This document shows positions 63,470-64,000 of a stretch of 64,000 bases of DNA, one piece after another (position 1 is the first letter of the stretch; every line of letters starts with the position of its first letter). The DNA comes from Mobula hypostoma (taxonomy: Eukaryota). The position numbers and the translations under genes were made by a program. The notes beneath the pieces are model-generated. The model saw only the letters and a list, made by a program, of their open reading frames with translations. It was not told the DNA's origin and ran no database searches. The stretch lies in contig NC_086097.1 in assembly GCF_963921235.1 (NCBI RefSeq), forward strand, positions 35,032,001 through 35,096,000, in the 5' to 3' direction.

Positions 63470-64000
63470 AAATACTGGACAGAGTGTGTTGTCTTTGAAT
63501 ACAAGCAGCATAAGGAATAAAATGGATGATCTTGAAATTCAGCTACAGATTGGCAAATATGACGATGTGGCCATCTCTGAAACTTGGCTAAAGGATGGCT
63601 GCTATTGGGAGCTGAACGTCCAAGGATATATGGTGTATCAGAAAGATAGGTTAGTAGGCAGAGGGGGTAGTGTGGCTCTGTGTATAAAAAATAATATTAA
63701 ATCATTAGAAAGAGATGACATAGGATTAGAAAGTGTAGATTCTCTATGGGTTGAGTTAAGAAATGGCAAGGGTAAAAGGACCCTAATGGCAGTTGTATAC
63801 AGGCCTCCAAACAGCAGCCGGGATGTGGATTACAAATTACAGCAGGAGATAGAAACGGCGTGTCAGAAGGCAATGTCTGATAATCGTTGGGGATTTTTAA
63901 CATGAAAATGGATTGGGAAAACCAGGTCTTTACTGGACCTCAAGAGAGAGAATTTGTAGAATGTCTAAGGGATGGCTTTTTAGAACAGCTTGTTGTTGAG
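63470..64000 (+). mobile_element. CR1 ORF2 endonuclease fragment, runs off the window
   Basis: LNTSSIRNK, ISETWL, GRGGSVAL, VYRPP, GDFN (frameshifted). Confidence 0.85.

Overview
Eukaryotic vertebrate DNA. The repeat families (HE1-type V-SINEs, CR1, Rex1/Babar, Penelope, DeuSINE) suggest a cartilaginous fish, probably a ray; this is inference. The window holds one complete protein-coding gene, RHOJ (TCL; Cdc42-subfamily Rho GTPase), on the minus strand. It has 5 coding exons (52913-52724, 31648-31590, 9183-9019, 7777-7682, 3125-2979), all GT-AG, totalling 657 nt / 218 aa, with a CpG-rich first exon. Almost every other ORF in the track is a transposon remnant or noise. Introns and flanks are full of nested mobile elements: a near full-length Rex1/Babar LINE, an internally deleted CR1, an IR/DR DD34E Tc1 transposon, non-autonomous Tc1 derivatives, an 80-bp hAT MITE, V-SINEs, DeuSINE relics and Penelope-derived repeats. 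Most notable: (1) dispersed Penelope-type minimal hammerhead ribozyme motifs, including a young ~95-bp unit with a 12-bp TSD; all core-intact copies lie antisense to RHOJ; (2) a Leu->Phe change in the normally conserved RPLSYP switch-II motif and a Pro/His/Gln N-terminus in RHOJ; (3) an ETS + CArG + SOX motif cluster just upstream of the RHOJ ATG; (4) a multi-TIR Tc1 derivative carrying the same ~250-bp passenger module in two copies. No prokaryotic-type system is supported. TE boundaries are approximate unless a TSD or TIR is quoted.
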